A DNA stretch of 64,000 bases from Thermodesulfobacteriota bacterium (GCA_964291405.2 OZ219926.1:2368001-2432000); one strand, 5' to 3'. Numbered from the stretch's first letter, positions 1 through 11,050 are shown. Translations and numbers: made by a program. The notes: generated by a model from the letters alone, not told the origin.

Positions 1-1405
1 CGTCCCTGTGATCAACAAGTGATTCCAATATATGCTCCAAATGCACACCGCGGGAGCCTTTGATCAGCATGAGTTGCGGCCCGTCGGCCTGCCGTATCAG
101 AGCGCGGACGCACGGGGCTGCTGCTGTTGCGTCGGGAAAGACATGGGCCGGGAGCCCTGCCCGAACCGCAGCTTCGGCAAGCAGCGGAGCGTACTGGCCA
201 ACCGTCACCAGGGCGTCCGACGCGGGTGTGAGCCCAGCGATATAGGCACCGATCTCTTTGTGCCGCAGCTCGCTGACTGTCCCCAATTCGAGCATATCGC
301 CCAGGACGAGGAGCAGGCGCTCACCACTATTCCGAATCGTATTGGCGGTCTGGAGCGCGTGCTGCATGGAGGCCGGATTCGCATTATAACAGTCGTCCAG
401 CACGGTGAGTTGGTACGCTGGTACGCGGCACGAAGCGAGACGGCGGGGCGCCCCCTGGGCGGTCCGTAGCGTTGTACAGGCCGCATCAAGGTCCAAACCA
501 TTCTCTAGAACTGCGGCCATGGTCGCGAGGGCCGCGGGGACGCAATGGGAGCCGATGAGCGGCAGTTGTACCTGGTGGCGCTGTCCCTGGACGTGCAGTT
601 CGAAACACGTCCCCGTCCGCGAGACCTGAATCCGCGAGGCCCGCACCTGATTGGTAGGCTGTTCACCAAAGGTGACAATTCGGCACCGGGCCTGCTGCTG
701 GGCAGCGGCCAGCAGCACGGGATCGTCGCCATTGATAATGGCCACCCCGTCGGGCGGCAGGGCCGTGAGGAGTTCGGTTTCAGCGGCCAGTACTCCGGCC
801 AAGTCGCCGAGCGTCTCGGTGTGCTCTTCGCTAATGGAGGTAATGACGCCAATATGAGGTTGTGCAAAGCGGCCCAACAGGGTCAGCTCTCCGGGACCGC
901 TCGTCCCCATTTCCAGGACCAGGAAGGCGTCCTCCGGCGCGGCACACAGCAGGGTCAGCGGCAGGCCAATGTGATTATTCAGATTTCCCTGGGTCGCCCG
1001 GCTAGGTCGTTGGGCGGTAAAGACCTGGGCCATCAGTTCTTTAGTCGTTGTTTTGCCGTTGCTGCCGGCGATCCCAATCACCCGCGCGGGCAGCCGCTGG
1101 CGGTGCCAGGTAGCGAGGTCCTGGAGCGCGATCAGTGGGTCGGGGACTTCGATTCCGGTGGCGTCGTCCGGCGGTGCGACCGGGAAAGTCGGCGAAAAAA
1201 GAAAGCCGGCCGCGCCGCACTCCACCGCAGCCAGGATATAGCTATGCCCATTGACCCGTTCGCCAGCGAGCGGGACGAACAACGCCTGAGGGGCAATATG
1301 GCGCGAATCAATGCTGACCGAGGTAAAGAGCGTGTCCGGACGCCCCCACCTGAGCGTTCCTCCGGTAGCGGTACAGATGTCGTGTGCGCGCAGTACAACT
1401 CCCAC
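1..1405 (-). CDS. murF: UDP-MurNAc-tripeptide--D-Ala-D-Ala ligase (3' end runs off window)
   Basis: Manual minus-strand translation from GTG at 1405 gives SIDSR, GIAGSNGKTTTKE, GNLNNHIGLPLT, VLEMG, DDCYNANPASM, VLGDMLELG, LIKGSRG. Absent from the ORF track because no stop lies in the window. Confidence 0.93.
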   Translation of the reverse strand, partial: MGVVLRAHDICTATGGTLRWGRPDTLFTSVSIDSRHIAPQALFVPLAGERVNGHSYILAAVECGAAGFLFSPTFPVAPPDDATGIEVPDPLIALQDLATWHRQRLPARVIGIAGSNGKTTTKELMAQVFTAQRPSRATQGNLNNHIGLPLTLLCAAPEDAFLVLEMGTSGPGELTLLGRFAQPHIGVITSISEEHTETLGDLAGVLAAETELLTALPPDGVAIINGDDPVLLAAAQQQARCRIVTFGEQPTNQVRASRIQVSRTGTCFELHVQGQRHQVQLPLIGSHCVPAALATMAAVLENGLDLDAACTTLRTAQGAPRRLASCRVPAYQLTVLDDCYNANPASMQHALQTANTIRNSGERLLLVLGDMLELGTVSELRHKEIGAYIAGLTPASDALVTVGQYAPLLAEAAVRAGLPAHVFPDATAAAPCVRALIRQADGPQLMLIKGSRGVHLEHILESLVDHRD

Positions 1406-1515
1406 AATGGGCCAACTCTATCGAGGCAGCCTAGGCGTCGCAAGCGTACAGGGTCAGAGCGTTTCCCTGGAATACGGTACGCTCCGTTGCTCTCCTGGTC
1501 GTAGCGTGTCACCAT

Positions 1516-2844
1516 GTGCGCATGAGCCAGCGGGAAGAACAGGCCAGGACGATTGTGCAGACGCTGCATCGACATGGCTATACGGCCTATTTTGCCGGCG
1601 GCTGTGTGCGGGATCGCCTGCTGGGCATTCAGGCCAAAGACTTCGATATCGCTACGAATGCCCGGACCACCGAGGTCCGCGCCCTATTTCCGCAGACGAT
1701 CCCGGTCGGGGCTCAGTTCGGGGTTGTCCTCGTCGTCCTGGAGAGCGTTCCCTATGAGGTGGCGACCTTTCGGGCGGACGGTACCTATCGTGATGGCCGT
1801 CACCCGGTGGCGGTCCGCTTCAGCACGGACCGGGAGGATGCGCTGAGACGTGATTTCACGATTAACGGCATGTTTTTTGACCCGCTGACGGACACGATCA
1901 TCGATTATGTTGGCGGGCAAACAGATCTGAATAACCGGATCATTCGAGCCATTGGGGAGCCGGCGGCGCGCTTTCACGAAGATCGCATACGCCTGCTGCG
2001 GGCCGTCCGCCTTGCCGCCCGGCTGGGCTTCGCTATCGAGCCCGAGACCTGGCGGGCCGTGGGCCAGTTCGCTCCGACGCTGACCGACATGGCCTGGGAG
2101 CGGATCGGCGACGAGGTGGTGAAACTCCTGACCGAAGGAGGTGCACGCTCGGGGATGGAGATGTTGGTGGAGTCAGGCCTGCTGGCGGCCGCGCTGCCTG
2201 AGGTTCTGGCGCTACGCGGGGTGGCGCAGTCGCCCGATTTTCATCCCGAGGGCGATGTGTTTGTTCACACACTGTTAGTTCTGCACCAGCTCGACACCCT
2301 GGCACAGCCGAGCGAGAGCCTGGCCCTGGGAGCGCTGCTCCACGACATCGCTAAACCACACTGCCAGCAGCGGGCCGGAGAGCGCATCACCTTTCACGGC
2401 CACTGTGAGTCCGGTGCGGAGATGGCGGTCGATATATGTCAGCGTCTGAAACGCTCACGCGTGACCTGGGAGCGGGTGGCCTTTCTCGTCAAAAACCATC
2501 TGCGGCTGCTGGATGCACCCCGCATGCGAGCGGCAACGCTCAAGCGCTTCCTACGCCTCGACGGTATTGGAGAGCTGCTGGACCTCGCCCGCCTGGACGC
2601 CTTGGCGTCGCACGGCAATCTTGAGGCGTATACCTTCTGCCGTCAAAAACTGCTTGCGCTTGACCCTGAGGAACTGCATCCGCCCCGGCTGTTGAATGGC
2701 CGGGACCTGATCCAGCTCGGATTTCAGCCCGGTCCGCAGTTCTCCACTATCCTGAGGGCTCTGGAGGAAGCCCAACTCGAAGGCCGGGTGCGCACCCGAC
2801 GGGCCGCGCTCTCCTGGGTGCACCAAAACTGGCAGCATCCCTAA
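1516..2844 (+). CDS. cca: CCA tRNA nucleotidyltransferase with HD domain
   Basis: GGCVRD, DFDIAT, EVATFR, RRDFTINGM, EDRIRLLR, HPEGDVFVHT, LLHDIAK. Start may be ATG 1522. Confidence 0.88.
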   Translation: MRMSQREEQARTIVQTLHRHGYTAYFAGGCVRDRLLGIQAKDFDIATNARTTEVRALFPQTIPVGAQFGVVLVVLESVPYEVATFRADGTYRDGRHPVAVRFSTDREDALRRDFTINGMFFDPLTDTIIDYVGGQTDLNNRIIRAIGEPAARFHEDRIRLLRAVRLAARLGFAIEPETWRAVGQFAPTLTDMAWERIGDEVVKLLTEGGARSGMEMLVESGLLAAALPEVLALRGVAQSPDFHPEGDVFVHTLLVLHQLDTLAQPSESLALGALLHDIAKPHCQQRAGERITFHGHCESGAEMAVDICQRLKRSRVTWERVAFLVKNHLRLLDAPRMRAATLKRFLRLDGIGELLDLARLDALASHGNLEAYTFCRQKLLALDPEELHPPRLLNGRDLIQLGFQPGPQFSTILRALEEAQLEGRVRTRRAALSWVHQNWQHP

Positions 2845-4436
2845 GAAGCCTGAGCAGTGTGCTCCGATGGAGGGAGTGTCAACGGCAGGACGACCCGGAC
2901 TGTGGTTCCGTGATTGACCTTGCTCTCGATCCGGAGTGCGCCGTTATGGGCCATGACAATATGTTTGACAATGGCCAGCCCCAAACCTGTTCCCCCCAAC
3001 TCGCGAGAACGGGCTTTATCCACCCGATAAAAACGCTGGGTCAGACGCGGAATATTGGCTTCCGGGATACCACAGCCAGTATCGGCTATGGCAATCTCCA
3101 GCCAGCCCTGTGCGCCGTTGCCTATGACATCAAGGGCGCTAACATCATGTGCCTCACGAGCGTGCTCCGCGGAGGCGGAATGTCCCCACCATGCCGGTGG
3201 CTCTCCTGCGTCGTCACGCGCAGGGTGCAGTGCCGCGGTGACCGTGACCTGACCCTGAGCTGGTGTATATTTGACCGCGTTGTCGATCAGGTTGATCAGG
3301 ACTTGGTGCAGGCGATCCCGATCTCCTCTCACGGTTGGGAGGGCGGGCGGGATATGCTGAGAGAGGGTGACCCTCCCTCGCTGGGCTTTCTCCTGTAGTA
3401 CATCAAACACTTCCTGGACGAGTTCAGGAATATGGAGTTCCTTCCGATGGAGCTCGGTCTGCCCCAATTCCAGGTTGGATAAAGTCAGGAGGTCGTCTAT
3501 GAGGCGGCTGAGACGCTCCGAGTGCCGGTCAATAATCGTGAGGAAGCGGGTCGCGTGCTCGGGGTCGTGGAGGGCACCCGTGAGCAGGGTTTCCGCATAG
3601 CCTTTGATCGCGGTGAGCGGGGTCCGGAGTTCGTGCGACACGTTGGCCACAAAGTCGGCCCGGATGGATTCGAGCTGTTTGATCGGGGTCAGATCGTGAC
3701 AGCTTAACACATGCCCGCTGGTCGTTGGCTGGCTTTCCCGAGGCGCCCCATATCCCCCGCTCTGGGGCAGGCGCAAGACGCTCACGGCGAGCTGTCGCGG
3801 CTCCTGACCCTCAACTTCGATTTCCTGGGTAACGCCCTCCGCCGATTCTGCGGACAAAAGCTGGTGTAGAACGGGATGGCGGGAAAATTCCTGAAAGGGT
3901 CGGCCCTGCCAGTCTTCCGTTGGGTCCAAACCAAACAAGTGCAGAGCGGCCGGGTTACAGCGCACGATGTTGCCATGCGGATCAATCACAACAAGGCCTT
4001 CAGCCATGCTGTGGAGCAGGGCTTCGAGTTCTTTCTTCTCGTTTTGAAGCTGCTGAAGGTGTTGGCTTTGCGTGGTGAAGAGTCGGGAGAGCTGGTACTC
4101 GATGGTGCCCAACAGGTCGTTTTTTCGGACAGGGAGGGTGGGTGGCGGGACGCGGTTCGGGACAAAAGAGTAATCGTGTCCAGCATCTGTAGGTCTGTTG
4201 GAGGACACGGTTACTCTTTCCGCCAGAAAGGCACTGAGCGCGCTCAAACGCTGCCGGAACTGTGCCCGCTGACGCAGCGCAGTACCTAGGGCGCCAAGAC
4301 CACAGGCAAGGGCTCCATACCAGACCCACTGCGGCCGGGCGTCCGCAGGAAAGAGTAAAAGGAGATGGAGCAGGAGTAGGGCCAGCAAAGCGAGACCGAC
4401 CGGAAACAGAACGGCAAAGGTAATATTGTCTCTCAC
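2841..4436 (-). CDS. phoR: Phosphate regulon sensor histidine kinase
   Basis: Two TM helices, PAS domain, DFVANVSHELRTPLT H-box, NLIDNAVKYT, RFYRVDKARSRELGGTGLGL; directly downstream of phoB. Confidence 0.93.
   Translation of the reverse strand: MRDNITFAVLFPVGLALLALLLLHLLLLFPADARPQWVWYGALACGLGALGTALRQRAQFRQRLSALSAFLAERVTVSSNRPTDAGHDYSFVPNRVPPPTLPVRKNDLLGTIEYQLSRLFTTQSQHLQQLQNEKKELEALLHSMAEGLVVIDPHGNIVRCNPAALHLFGLDPTEDWQGRPFQEFSRHPVLHQLLSAESAEGVTQEIEVEGQEPRQLAVSVLRLPQSGGYGAPRESQPTTSGHVLSCHDLTPIKQLESIRADFVANVSHELRTPLTAIKGYAETLLTGALHDPEHATRFLTIIDRHSERLSRLIDDLLTLSNLELGQTELHRKELHIPELVQEVFDVLQEKAQRGRVTLSQHIPPALPTVRGDRDRLHQVLINLIDNAVKYTPAQGQVTVTAALHPARDDAGEPPAWWGHSASAEHAREAHDVSALDVIGNGAQGWLEIAIADTGCGIPEANIPRLTQRFYRVDKARSRELGGTGLGLAIVKHIVMAHNGALRIESKVNHGTTVRVVLPLTLPPSEHTAQAS
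4165..4219. repeat. ~55-bp palindromic element family A, copy 1 (in frame inside phoR)
   Basis: AAAGAGTAATCGTGTCC...GGACACGGTTACTCTTT inverted arms. Confidence 0.85.
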
Positions 4437-4471
4437 ACGAACGGGCTGTGTTGCATCCGGTAGCCACGCGA

Positions 4472-5272
4472 TTAGGGCTCGAGCGCCTCCGGATTAAATT
4501 TATACCCAACCCCCCGCACGGTCAGGAGCAGACTGGGGTTGGCGTCATCTTGCTCAATACGCTTCCGCAGGCGGCGGATATGGACATCGACCGTGCGGGG
4601 CTCAATATAGACGTTATGCCCCCACACCAGATCAAGGATTTGGGTCCGGCTGAAAACGCGGTTGGGGGACTGGACGAAAAATTTAAGCAGTTCAAACTCG
4701 CGCAGACCCAGTTCCAGCGGATTGCCATCGAGCTTCACTTCGTAGGTATCGTAATCGATCTGCAGGCGACCACGGACATACATCTGATGCGGCTGGTCCG
4801 TCGGCGGCCCATAGGTCCGTCGCAAGACCGCCTTGACCCGAGCGACGAGTTCGCGCGGACTGAAGGGCTTGGTCATATAGTCGTCCGCCCCCATTTCGAG
4901 GCCCAGGACTTTATCGACCTCGGAGGCGCGCGCCGTCAGCATCAAAATCGGGACGGTGGCCATCTTGTCCTGTGCGCGCAACGTTCGACACACCTCAAGG
5001 CCGGACAGGCCGGGCAGCATGAGGTCGAGAATAATAAGCGCCGGACGTTCAACCATGGCAAGATGCAGACTCACTTCGCCGTCACTCGCTTCGAGAACGG
5101 TAAAACCTTCGGTTTCCAGATGATATCGAACCAGGTCACGGATATCTTTTTCATCTTCAATGATCAGCACTTTCCGCTTGGGCAAAGAGGAAACATCCCC
5201 AGCATCTGCGTGTCTATTGGAGGACACGTTTCCTCTTCCCGCCGCCTCCGCTGTCTGCTGTTGTCCCGCCAT
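4472..5272 (-). CDS. phoB: Phosphate regulon response regulator (OmpR family)
   Basis: Receiver (IIEDE, ILDLMLP, KPF) plus winged helix (RTVDVHIRRLR, TVRGVGY); GGAGG SD before ATG 5272; lies in the pst-phoU operon. Confidence 0.93.
   Translation of the reverse strand: MAGQQQTAEAAGRGNVSSNRHADAGDVSSLPKRKVLIIEDEKDIRDLVRYHLETEGFTVLEASDGEVSLHLAMVERPALIILDLMLPGLSGLEVCRTLRAQDKMATVPILMLTARASEVDKVLGLEMGADDYMTKPFSPRELVARVKAVLRRTYGPPTDQPHQMYVRGRLQIDYDTYEVKLDGNPLELGLREFELLKFFVQSPNRVFSRTQILDLVWGHNVYIEPRTVDVHIRRLRKRIEQDDANPSLLLTVRGVGYKFNPEALEP
5185..5237. repeat. Palindromic element family A, copy 2 (in frame in phoB N-terminus)
   Basis: AAGAGGAAACATCCCC...GGACACGTTTCCTCTT. Confidence 0.85.
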
Positions 5273-5285
5273 AACCTCCTCTGTT

Positions 5286-6041
5286 TTAGACTGACTCGGG
5301 TAAGGGCGAGATATGGCGTATGCTCTTGCCCTTTGCCAGATAGATCACCATCTCGGCGATATTGGTGGCGTGGTCCGCAACCCGCTCAAGGTATTTGGCG
5401 ATAAACAATATCCGCATGGCGCGGCTGGCGTATTCGGGTTCCCGCCGCATCTGAGACAGCATAGTGTTGAAAATCTGAGCGGTGAGATCATCAATCCGGT
5501 CATCGCGCTGGCATACACTCAGGGCGAGGTCGGGCGCCTCGGCCACAAAATCGCTGAGTTTGTCTCCGAGGGAGACGCGCGTATCGGGGGCAGCAGTGAC
5601 ATCAGAAGAGGACTGCAAAAACGCGTCGAGGCTGTCGCGCAGCATAGCCCGGGCGCCCTCGGCCATTTCGGGTAATTCCGGCCGCGGGGCGAGGGGCGCT
5701 TCCTTATTGAGCTCGATCGCCCGCTCACAGATATTCTCAGCAATATCGCCGATACGCTCAAGATCGGTGGAAATCCGCAGACTGGTGGTAATAAAGCGTA
5801 AATCCCGAGCGGCCGGTTGATGCAGGGCGAGCAGGCGGATACAGGCTTCATCAATGGCGACATCAAGATAGTTGACCATATGGTCACGCTCTATGACCTC
5901 GTGGGCGGTCTGCGAGTCGCGCTCGACGAACGAGGTGAAGGCATCCCCAATCTGCTTTTCAACCAACCCGCCCATTTCCAACACCTTGGCCCGAAGCTGC
6001 TGAAGTTCTTCTTCGTACTGGCTATCCGTATGAAGTGGCAT
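5286..6041 (-). CDS. phoU: Phosphate signalling complex protein PhoU
   Basis: QPAARDLR, DLERIGD and LERVADHATNIAE motifs. Confidence 0.95.
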   Translation of the reverse strand: MPLHTDSQYEEELQQLRAKVLEMGGLVEKQIGDAFTSFVERDSQTAHEVIERDHMVNYLDVAIDEACIRLLALHQPAARDLRFITTSLRISTDLERIGDIAENICERAIELNKEAPLAPRPELPEMAEGARAMLRDSLDAFLQSSSDVTAAPDTRVSLGDKLSDFVAEAPDLALSVCQRDDRIDDLTAQIFNTMLSQMRREPEYASRAMRILFIAKYLERVADHATNIAEMVIYLAKGKSIRHISPLPESV

Positions 6042-6054
6042 AAGGCCTCCGCTT

Positions 6055-6912
6055 CTAGCCGAATCGGCCGGTAATATAGTCTTCAGTTGCCTGTTTTTCC
6101 GGGGTAGTGAATAATTTTTCGGTCTTTCCGAACTCTATCAATTCACCCAAATACATAAAAGCGGTGAAATCCGAGACTCGTGCGGCCTGCTGCATATTGT
6201 GGGTGACGATGACAATCGTATACTGCTTTTTCAGCTCATGGATAAGTTCTTCAATTTTTGTCGTGGCAATCGGATCCAGGGCGGAGCAGGGTTCATCCAT
6301 CAGAACGACTTCGGGCTCAACCGCAATGGTCCGGGCGATGCACAGGCGTTGGTGCTGCCCACCGGATAAACCCAGCGCATTGTCGTGCAGCCGATCCTTG
6401 GCTTCTTCCCAGAGGGCGGCGGCGCGCAGACTCTTCTCAACGATATCATCCAACTGCGCCTTGTTGTGGATACCGAGCACCCGTGGCCCGTAGGCAACGT
6501 TTTCATAGATGGTCTTGGGAAAGGGGTTCGGCTTTTGGAATACCATGCCGACCCGTTTGCGCAGCTCGGTGACGTCAAGCGTTTGATCGAGAATTTGGAT
6601 GCCGCCCACGATAATACTGCCGCTGGTCGTACAGCCGTCGATCAGGTCGTTCAAGCGGTTTAGGCAGCGCAGCAGGGTGGACTTGCCGCAGCCCGACGGG
6701 CCGATGAAGGCCGTTACCTGGCCTCTGGCGATATCCATATCGATATGCTTGAGGGTCTGGGTCCTGCCGTCGTAGCTGAGACACACGTCCCGAATTTCAA
6801 CTTCGATATTGTCCCGCGTGCCGAGAGCGGTGGGGTCATGGCCGTTGCCCGAATCCGGTCGCGGCGGCAGGGTTACGGCGTGCCCGACTGGAGATTTTTC
6901 CTGGCTTTCCAT
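6055..6912 (-). CDS. pstB: Phosphate ABC transporter ATPase
   Basis: [49 protein letters not shown]. Start taken at MESQEK. Confidence 0.95.
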   Translation of the reverse strand: MESQEKSPVGHAVTLPPRPDSGNGHDPTALGTRDNIEVEIRDVCLSYDGRTQTLKHIDMDIARGQVTAFIGPSGCGKSTLLRCLNRLNDLIDGCTTSGSIIVGGIQILDQTLDVTELRKRVGMVFQKPNPFPKTIYENVAYGPRVLGIHNKAQLDDIVEKSLRAAALWEEAKDRLHDNALGLSGGQHQRLCIARTIAVEPEVVLMDEPCSALDPIATTKIEELIHELKKQYTIVIVTHNMQQAARVSDFTAFMYLGELIEFGKTEKLFTTPEKQATEDYITGRFG

Positions 6913-6925
6913 ACTCACTCTCCCT

Positions 6926-8554
6926 TTAGAAGGCGCCAAAGCGTAAGCGGCTACGTAAGCGGTTCCGAATCGCAATCGCAGCCAGGTTCAAGGCAATGAC
7001 AATCACAATCAGCAGCAGGGTCGTCATAAAGACCATGGGCTTGGCCGCCTCGACATTCGGCGACTGGAAGCCGACATCGTAAATATGAAACCCCAGATGC
7101 ATAAATTTTCGTTCCAGATGAAAGAACGGCCAATGGCCGTCAACGGGCAGGGTTGGGGCCAGTTTGACCACGCCGGTGATCATCAGCGGAGCGACTTCCC
7201 CGGCGCCACGGGCCATAGCCAGAATCGTCCCGGTCAGGATGCCCGGCAAAGCGCCGGGAATCACAATTTTTCGGAGGGTCTCCCACTTGGTCGCGCCCAG
7301 CGCCAACGAGCCCTCCCGCCACTCTGTTGGGATGGCGGACAAGGATTCTTCGGTGGCGACAATCACCACCGGGACGGTCAGCAAGGCCAAGGTCAACGAA
7401 GCCCACAGAATCCCGCCGGTGCCATAGGTCGGGGTGGGCAGGGAATCCTGGTAGAAGAGCTGGTCCAGCGACCCGCCGATCATATACACAAAAAACCCGA
7501 GGCCAAAGACGCCAAACACAATCGAGGGCACGCCGGCGAGGTTGTTGACCGCAATCCGGACGGCGCGGACCAGCGGACCTTGCTTGGCATATTCGCGTAG
7601 ATACAGGGCGGCGACCACGCCAAAAGGAACCACCACAATGCTCATGATGATGACCATCATGACCGTCCCGAAAATAGCGGGGAACACGCCGCCCTCGGTG
7701 TTGGCCTCGCGCGGGTCTTCCCAAAAGAATTCCCAGAAGCGCGTCACGTACAGGCCGAGGCGTTCAAACCAGTTCATATCGTTGGGCAGAAAACCACGCA
7801 CCACACCGGCGATAGCCAGCTCTTTTTCTTTGCCGTTAATGTCCTGCACAGTCATGTGATAGCGCGAGTTTTCTTGGTATAACGCGGCGAGTTCCTGGGC
7901 TTTTTCCTCGTAGGCCAGTTGCAAAGAGGCGATGGCCTCCTCAAGCGCGGCAATTTTTTCGGCGGCCCTGGTGGGGTCGGCCTCGCTGCGCTGGGTGCGT
8001 TTGACCTCGATGCGCAGTTGTTCGAGCTCGTAGTTAATATCCCCAATATCTTTCTTTTCGATGGCGTGGATATCGTCCAGCGTGTCTTGGGTCCGGGCGT
8101 GGAGTTCCAGGAATTTTGGCCAGGCCTGGTCAAAACCCTCGGCGACGATTTCTCCGTCCTGTCGCACCGTGGTGAGAAAGCCAAAAAACGGGCCCCATTC
8201 ATACCGTTCCAAATATATCGCCTGCTCCGGAAACGCATGCCCGGTCATCAGGCTGTCATCCACCCAGCGAAAATCGGAGCCGTACAGGTCACGGTTGGCG
8301 ACCTGGAATTGCGTCCGGTAGTATTCCCGGACGGCTCCGGTCTGTTGCGGAATAGCCTCCTGGGCACGGACCGACCCCAGGAGCTTTTGTCCGTTCTGAA
8401 GGTCAACGGCCCTGAGTTGGTCGGGCCAGAAGAACCCGAGCGCATTGGCCCCAACGATCCAAATGAGGGCAGCGATCATAAGCAGACTGAAGACCAGAGT
8501 GCCCCCCGTCATCCAGATGAACGGGTCGCCGCTGCGTAGAAAGCCTTTGAACAT
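6926..8554 (-). CDS. pstA: Phosphate ABC transporter permease PstA (large periplasmic-domain type)
   Basis: [42 protein letters not shown]. Start 8554 or 8635. Confidence 0.93.
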   Translation of the reverse strand: MFKGFLRSGDPFIWMTGGTLVFSLLMIAALIWIVGANALGFFWPDQLRAVDLQNGQKLLGSVRAQEAIPQQTGAVREYYRTQFQVANRDLYGSDFRWVDDSLMTGHAFPEQAIYLERYEWGPFFGFLTTVRQDGEIVAEGFDQAWPKFLELHARTQDTLDDIHAIEKKDIGDINYELEQLRIEVKRTQRSEADPTRAAEKIAALEEAIASLQLAYEEKAQELAALYQENSRYHMTVQDINGKEKELAIAGVVRGFLPNDMNWFERLGLYVTRFWEFFWEDPREANTEGGVFPAIFGTVMMVIIMSIVVVPFGVVAALYLREYAKQGPLVRAVRIAVNNLAGVPSIVFGVFGLGFFVYMIGGSLDQLFYQDSLPTPTYGTGGILWASLTLALLTVPVVIVATEESLSAIPTEWREGSLALGATKWETLRKIVIPGALPGILTGTILAMARGAGEVAPLMITGVVKLAPTLPVDGHWPFFHLERKFMHLGFHIYDVGFQSPNVEAAKPMVFMTTLLLIVIVIALNLAAIAIRNRLRSRLRFGAF

Positions 8555-8621
8555 GCCACCCCCCCTCTTCCCCCCCAAAGGGGGGGATGGGTATTGATGC
8601 GGCACCACGGACGCCGAAGAA

Positions 8622-10964
8622 TTAGATACGGCCATAACGATCTCGTAAGCGCTGGCGGACAACTTCCGCCGCGGTATTGACCAAAAACGTTAAAATAAAG
8701 AGGAGCAGGGCGGCCAGGAAGAGGACGCGGTAGAGCGTCCCGCCGTGAGGCGCTTCCGGGATTTCCACCGCGATATTCGCCGATAAGGCACGGAAGCCGG
8801 TAAAGGGATCAAAGTCCATGACGGGCGTATTACCGGTGGCCATCAGGACAATCATGGTTTCCCCGACTGCTCGTCCGAAGCCGATCATGATGGCCGAGAA
8901 CACACCGGGGCTGGCCGTTGGCAGCACGACCCGCAGGGCCGTTTGCCAGCGCGTCGCCCCCAGCGCTAACGAGCCGGAAATCAGATGCTGGGGAACGTTG
9001 GAAAAGGCGTCCTCACAGATAGTGTAGATAATCGGGATGACGGCAAAACCCATGGCAAAACCCACAATCAGGGAGTTGCGGGGGTCGTACCGCACCCCGG
9101 TGGTGTCGTACAGCCATTGGGGGAAATCACCGGCGAAAAAGGCGGCCTCAAGCGGAGTGTTGAGCACGACACAGATGTAGATGGAGAGCATGAGCAGCGG
9201 GGCCAGGAACAGGAGTTCAGCACCCGGTTTCAGGCTGCTGCGAAAGCCGAGGGGCAGCAGCCGCCAGGCAAATGACGCACCCAGGGTCACCAAGGGCATC
9301 ACGATAAACATCAGCAGCATGGCCGGCACCATATCGGCCACCAGGGGCGCCAGCCACAGACCGGCAAAAAAGCCGAGCACGACGCTGGGCAGGGCGGCCA
9401 TCACCTCGACCGAGGGCTTGACTATATTGCGCAGCCGCGGATGCATGAACTGTGAGGTATACATCGCGCCGCACAGACTGAGGGGAATGGCTAACAGCAG
9501 GGCGTAAAATGTTCCTTTCAAGGTCCCGTAGGCCAGTGGGGAAAGGCTGAATTTCGGCTCAAAATCGTCCGTTCCACTGCTGGACTGCCAGGTATAGTCT
9601 GGGGCGTCATAGCCCTCGTACCATATCTTTCCGAACAGAGAGGAAAAGGTGATCTCCGGATGGGGATTATCAACCGTCCAGTTGTACAACTGGCCTTCTT
9701 GATTGAGAGCGATGATACCATTTGTCCGTGGGGCATAGGCGAGCTGGGTAATCGGGCTGCTGGCTGTGTCGCGGCTCAAAATGGTGGTTTCGGTGGTTGA
9801 ATACTGGATGCGGACCGTGCCGCTGGTATCGCCGGTCACAAAGCCTTTATTCCGTGGAGAGGGAGAGATGGTCGTAATAGGTGCGTCGTGGGACTGCATC
9901 ACATGAATTTCACGGAAGGGAAGTTCGGCCGGATTGTCCTGATCGCGCACCTGGAACCAGACACTCACCCCCCCGGCGTCATCTCCCATAACGAGAGAGC
10001 GGTCGCCAATCAACCAGGCCATTGCCCGGACGGGAGCCCGCCCTTGACCTCGTAAGCGCGGCTTGACCTGGGGCGCAGCGGCGTCGCGAATATCCCAATG
10101 GATCACCTCACCGGTTTCTAGTGCGGCAAACAGGTTTCGCTGTTCTGCATCTAACGTCAACGCCGTCGCGTTCGCATCCAGCGCCGCTGAGAGCTCTGCG
10201 CGGTGTTCCGATACCTGCGTCTCGCCCAAGAATGATTCTTCGACTGTTCGAGACAGGAAGAGGAGGGTGCGTGGGCCGAGCAGGGCGGCCAGTGTCATCT
10301 TCTCCTCGTCTTCGCTGGTACTCTGGTAGGTCAGAGCCTGAATAGCGCGGCCTTGTGGGTCGAGGACAATCGCCTCATCTTCCATAACCTGAGGCGTGCT
10401 GATGCGGGTCTTGCCCTCGAACGAGACCGGGAAGGAAATCGTCAGGGGAACAGCGATACCGTCCGCGGTTCCGAGCACGGCGGTGTGCGTCAGGTTACGA
10501 TAGTGCACCGCGGTGATCCGCCGCCCCTGCAGGGCTTGGATTTCATACCGTTGGAGGAGTTGGTTGTCCGCGAGGGACAGAAAATCAACCGTTCCCGCCT
10601 GGGTAATAGTGTAGGCGATTTCTCGATACTCATCGATGCCCAGCGCGAGGACATTCGTATGGGGCCCACTGCCAACCAGGTCGGTCAGCGGAATTGGCGG
10701 GGTCTCAAGCTCCGCAGTAGGTACCTTCCAGAGGGGTAAGGTTTCGGCCACGATCACAAAAAGAATCGCGGCGATGCTCAGAATCACGGCAAAGCCACCA
10801 CCGGTGATCAGAATAGTCGCAGCCTTATCAACCAGCTTTTTCCGCTGGAGTCGGCTTTTATCCTCGGTCGCCGAGAGACGGACACCGACCGGCTGCGCTC
10901 CGTTTGCGGCCGGTAGCGATGACGGTTGGGAGGGACGTTCCTGCGTCTCCGGCATGATAGACAT
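8622..10964 (-). CDS. pstC: Phosphate ABC transporter permease PstC with beta-propeller periplasmic domain
   Basis: GKIWYEGY, WQSSSGTDDFEPKFSL, LPSVVLG, GRAVGETMIVLMATGN. Confidence 0.93.
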   Translation of the reverse strand: MSIMPETQERPSQPSSLPAANGAQPVGVRLSATEDKSRLQRKKLVDKAATILITGGGFAVILSIAAILFVIVAETLPLWKVPTAELETPPIPLTDLVGSGPHTNVLALGIDEYREIAYTITQAGTVDFLSLADNQLLQRYEIQALQGRRITAVHYRNLTHTAVLGTADGIAVPLTISFPVSFEGKTRISTPQVMEDEAIVLDPQGRAIQALTYQSTSEDEEKMTLAALLGPRTLLFLSRTVEESFLGETQVSEHRAELSAALDANATALTLDAEQRNLFAALETGEVIHWDIRDAAAPQVKPRLRGQGRAPVRAMAWLIGDRSLVMGDDAGGVSVWFQVRDQDNPAELPFREIHVMQSHDAPITTISPSPRNKGFVTGDTSGTVRIQYSTTETTILSRDTASSPITQLAYAPRTNGIIALNQEGQLYNWTVDNPHPEITFSSLFGKIWYEGYDAPDYTWQSSSGTDDFEPKFSLSPLAYGTLKGTFYALLLAIPLSLCGAMYTSQFMHPRLRNIVKPSVEVMAALPSVVLGFFAGLWLAPLVADMVPAMLLMFIVMPLVTLGASFAWRLLPLGFRSSLKPGAELLFLAPLLMLSIYICVVLNTPLEAAFFAGDFPQWLYDTTGVRYDPRNSLIVGFAMGFAVIPIIYTICEDAFSNVPQHLISGSLALGATRWQTALRVVLPTASPGVFSAIMIGFGRAVGETMIVLMATGNTPVMDFDPFTGFRALSANIAVEIPEAPHGGTLYRVLFLAALLLFILTFLVNTAAEVVRQRLRDRYGRI

Positions 10965-11002
10965 ACCTTATGCTATTCTGCGAACAGGGCAAGCGGTGAA
11001 CA

Positions 11003-11032
11003 CAGACGGGCGGGAGGGCCTCCGCCCGTCTG
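11003..11032. terminator. GC-rich hairpin between pstS and pstC (mRNA stabiliser or attenuator)
   Basis: CAGACGGGCGG...CCGCCCGTCTG 11-bp stem. Confidence 0.5.
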
Positions 11033-11050
11033 CTATTTCATCCTGGTACA

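Noticed and set aside
545-1504. 319-aa plus-strand ORF, and similar long antisense ORFs (4448-5404, 14623-15675, 21126-22022, 28949-29947, 32416-33546)
   Set aside because: Shadows of well-supported genes on the opposite strand in GC-rich DNA; no recognisable motifs.
3115-3230. ~40-aa insertion in the PhoR ATPase domain (and ~25 aa in PhoU)
   Set aside because: Visible, but no repeat origin or motif could be identified; probably variable surface loops.
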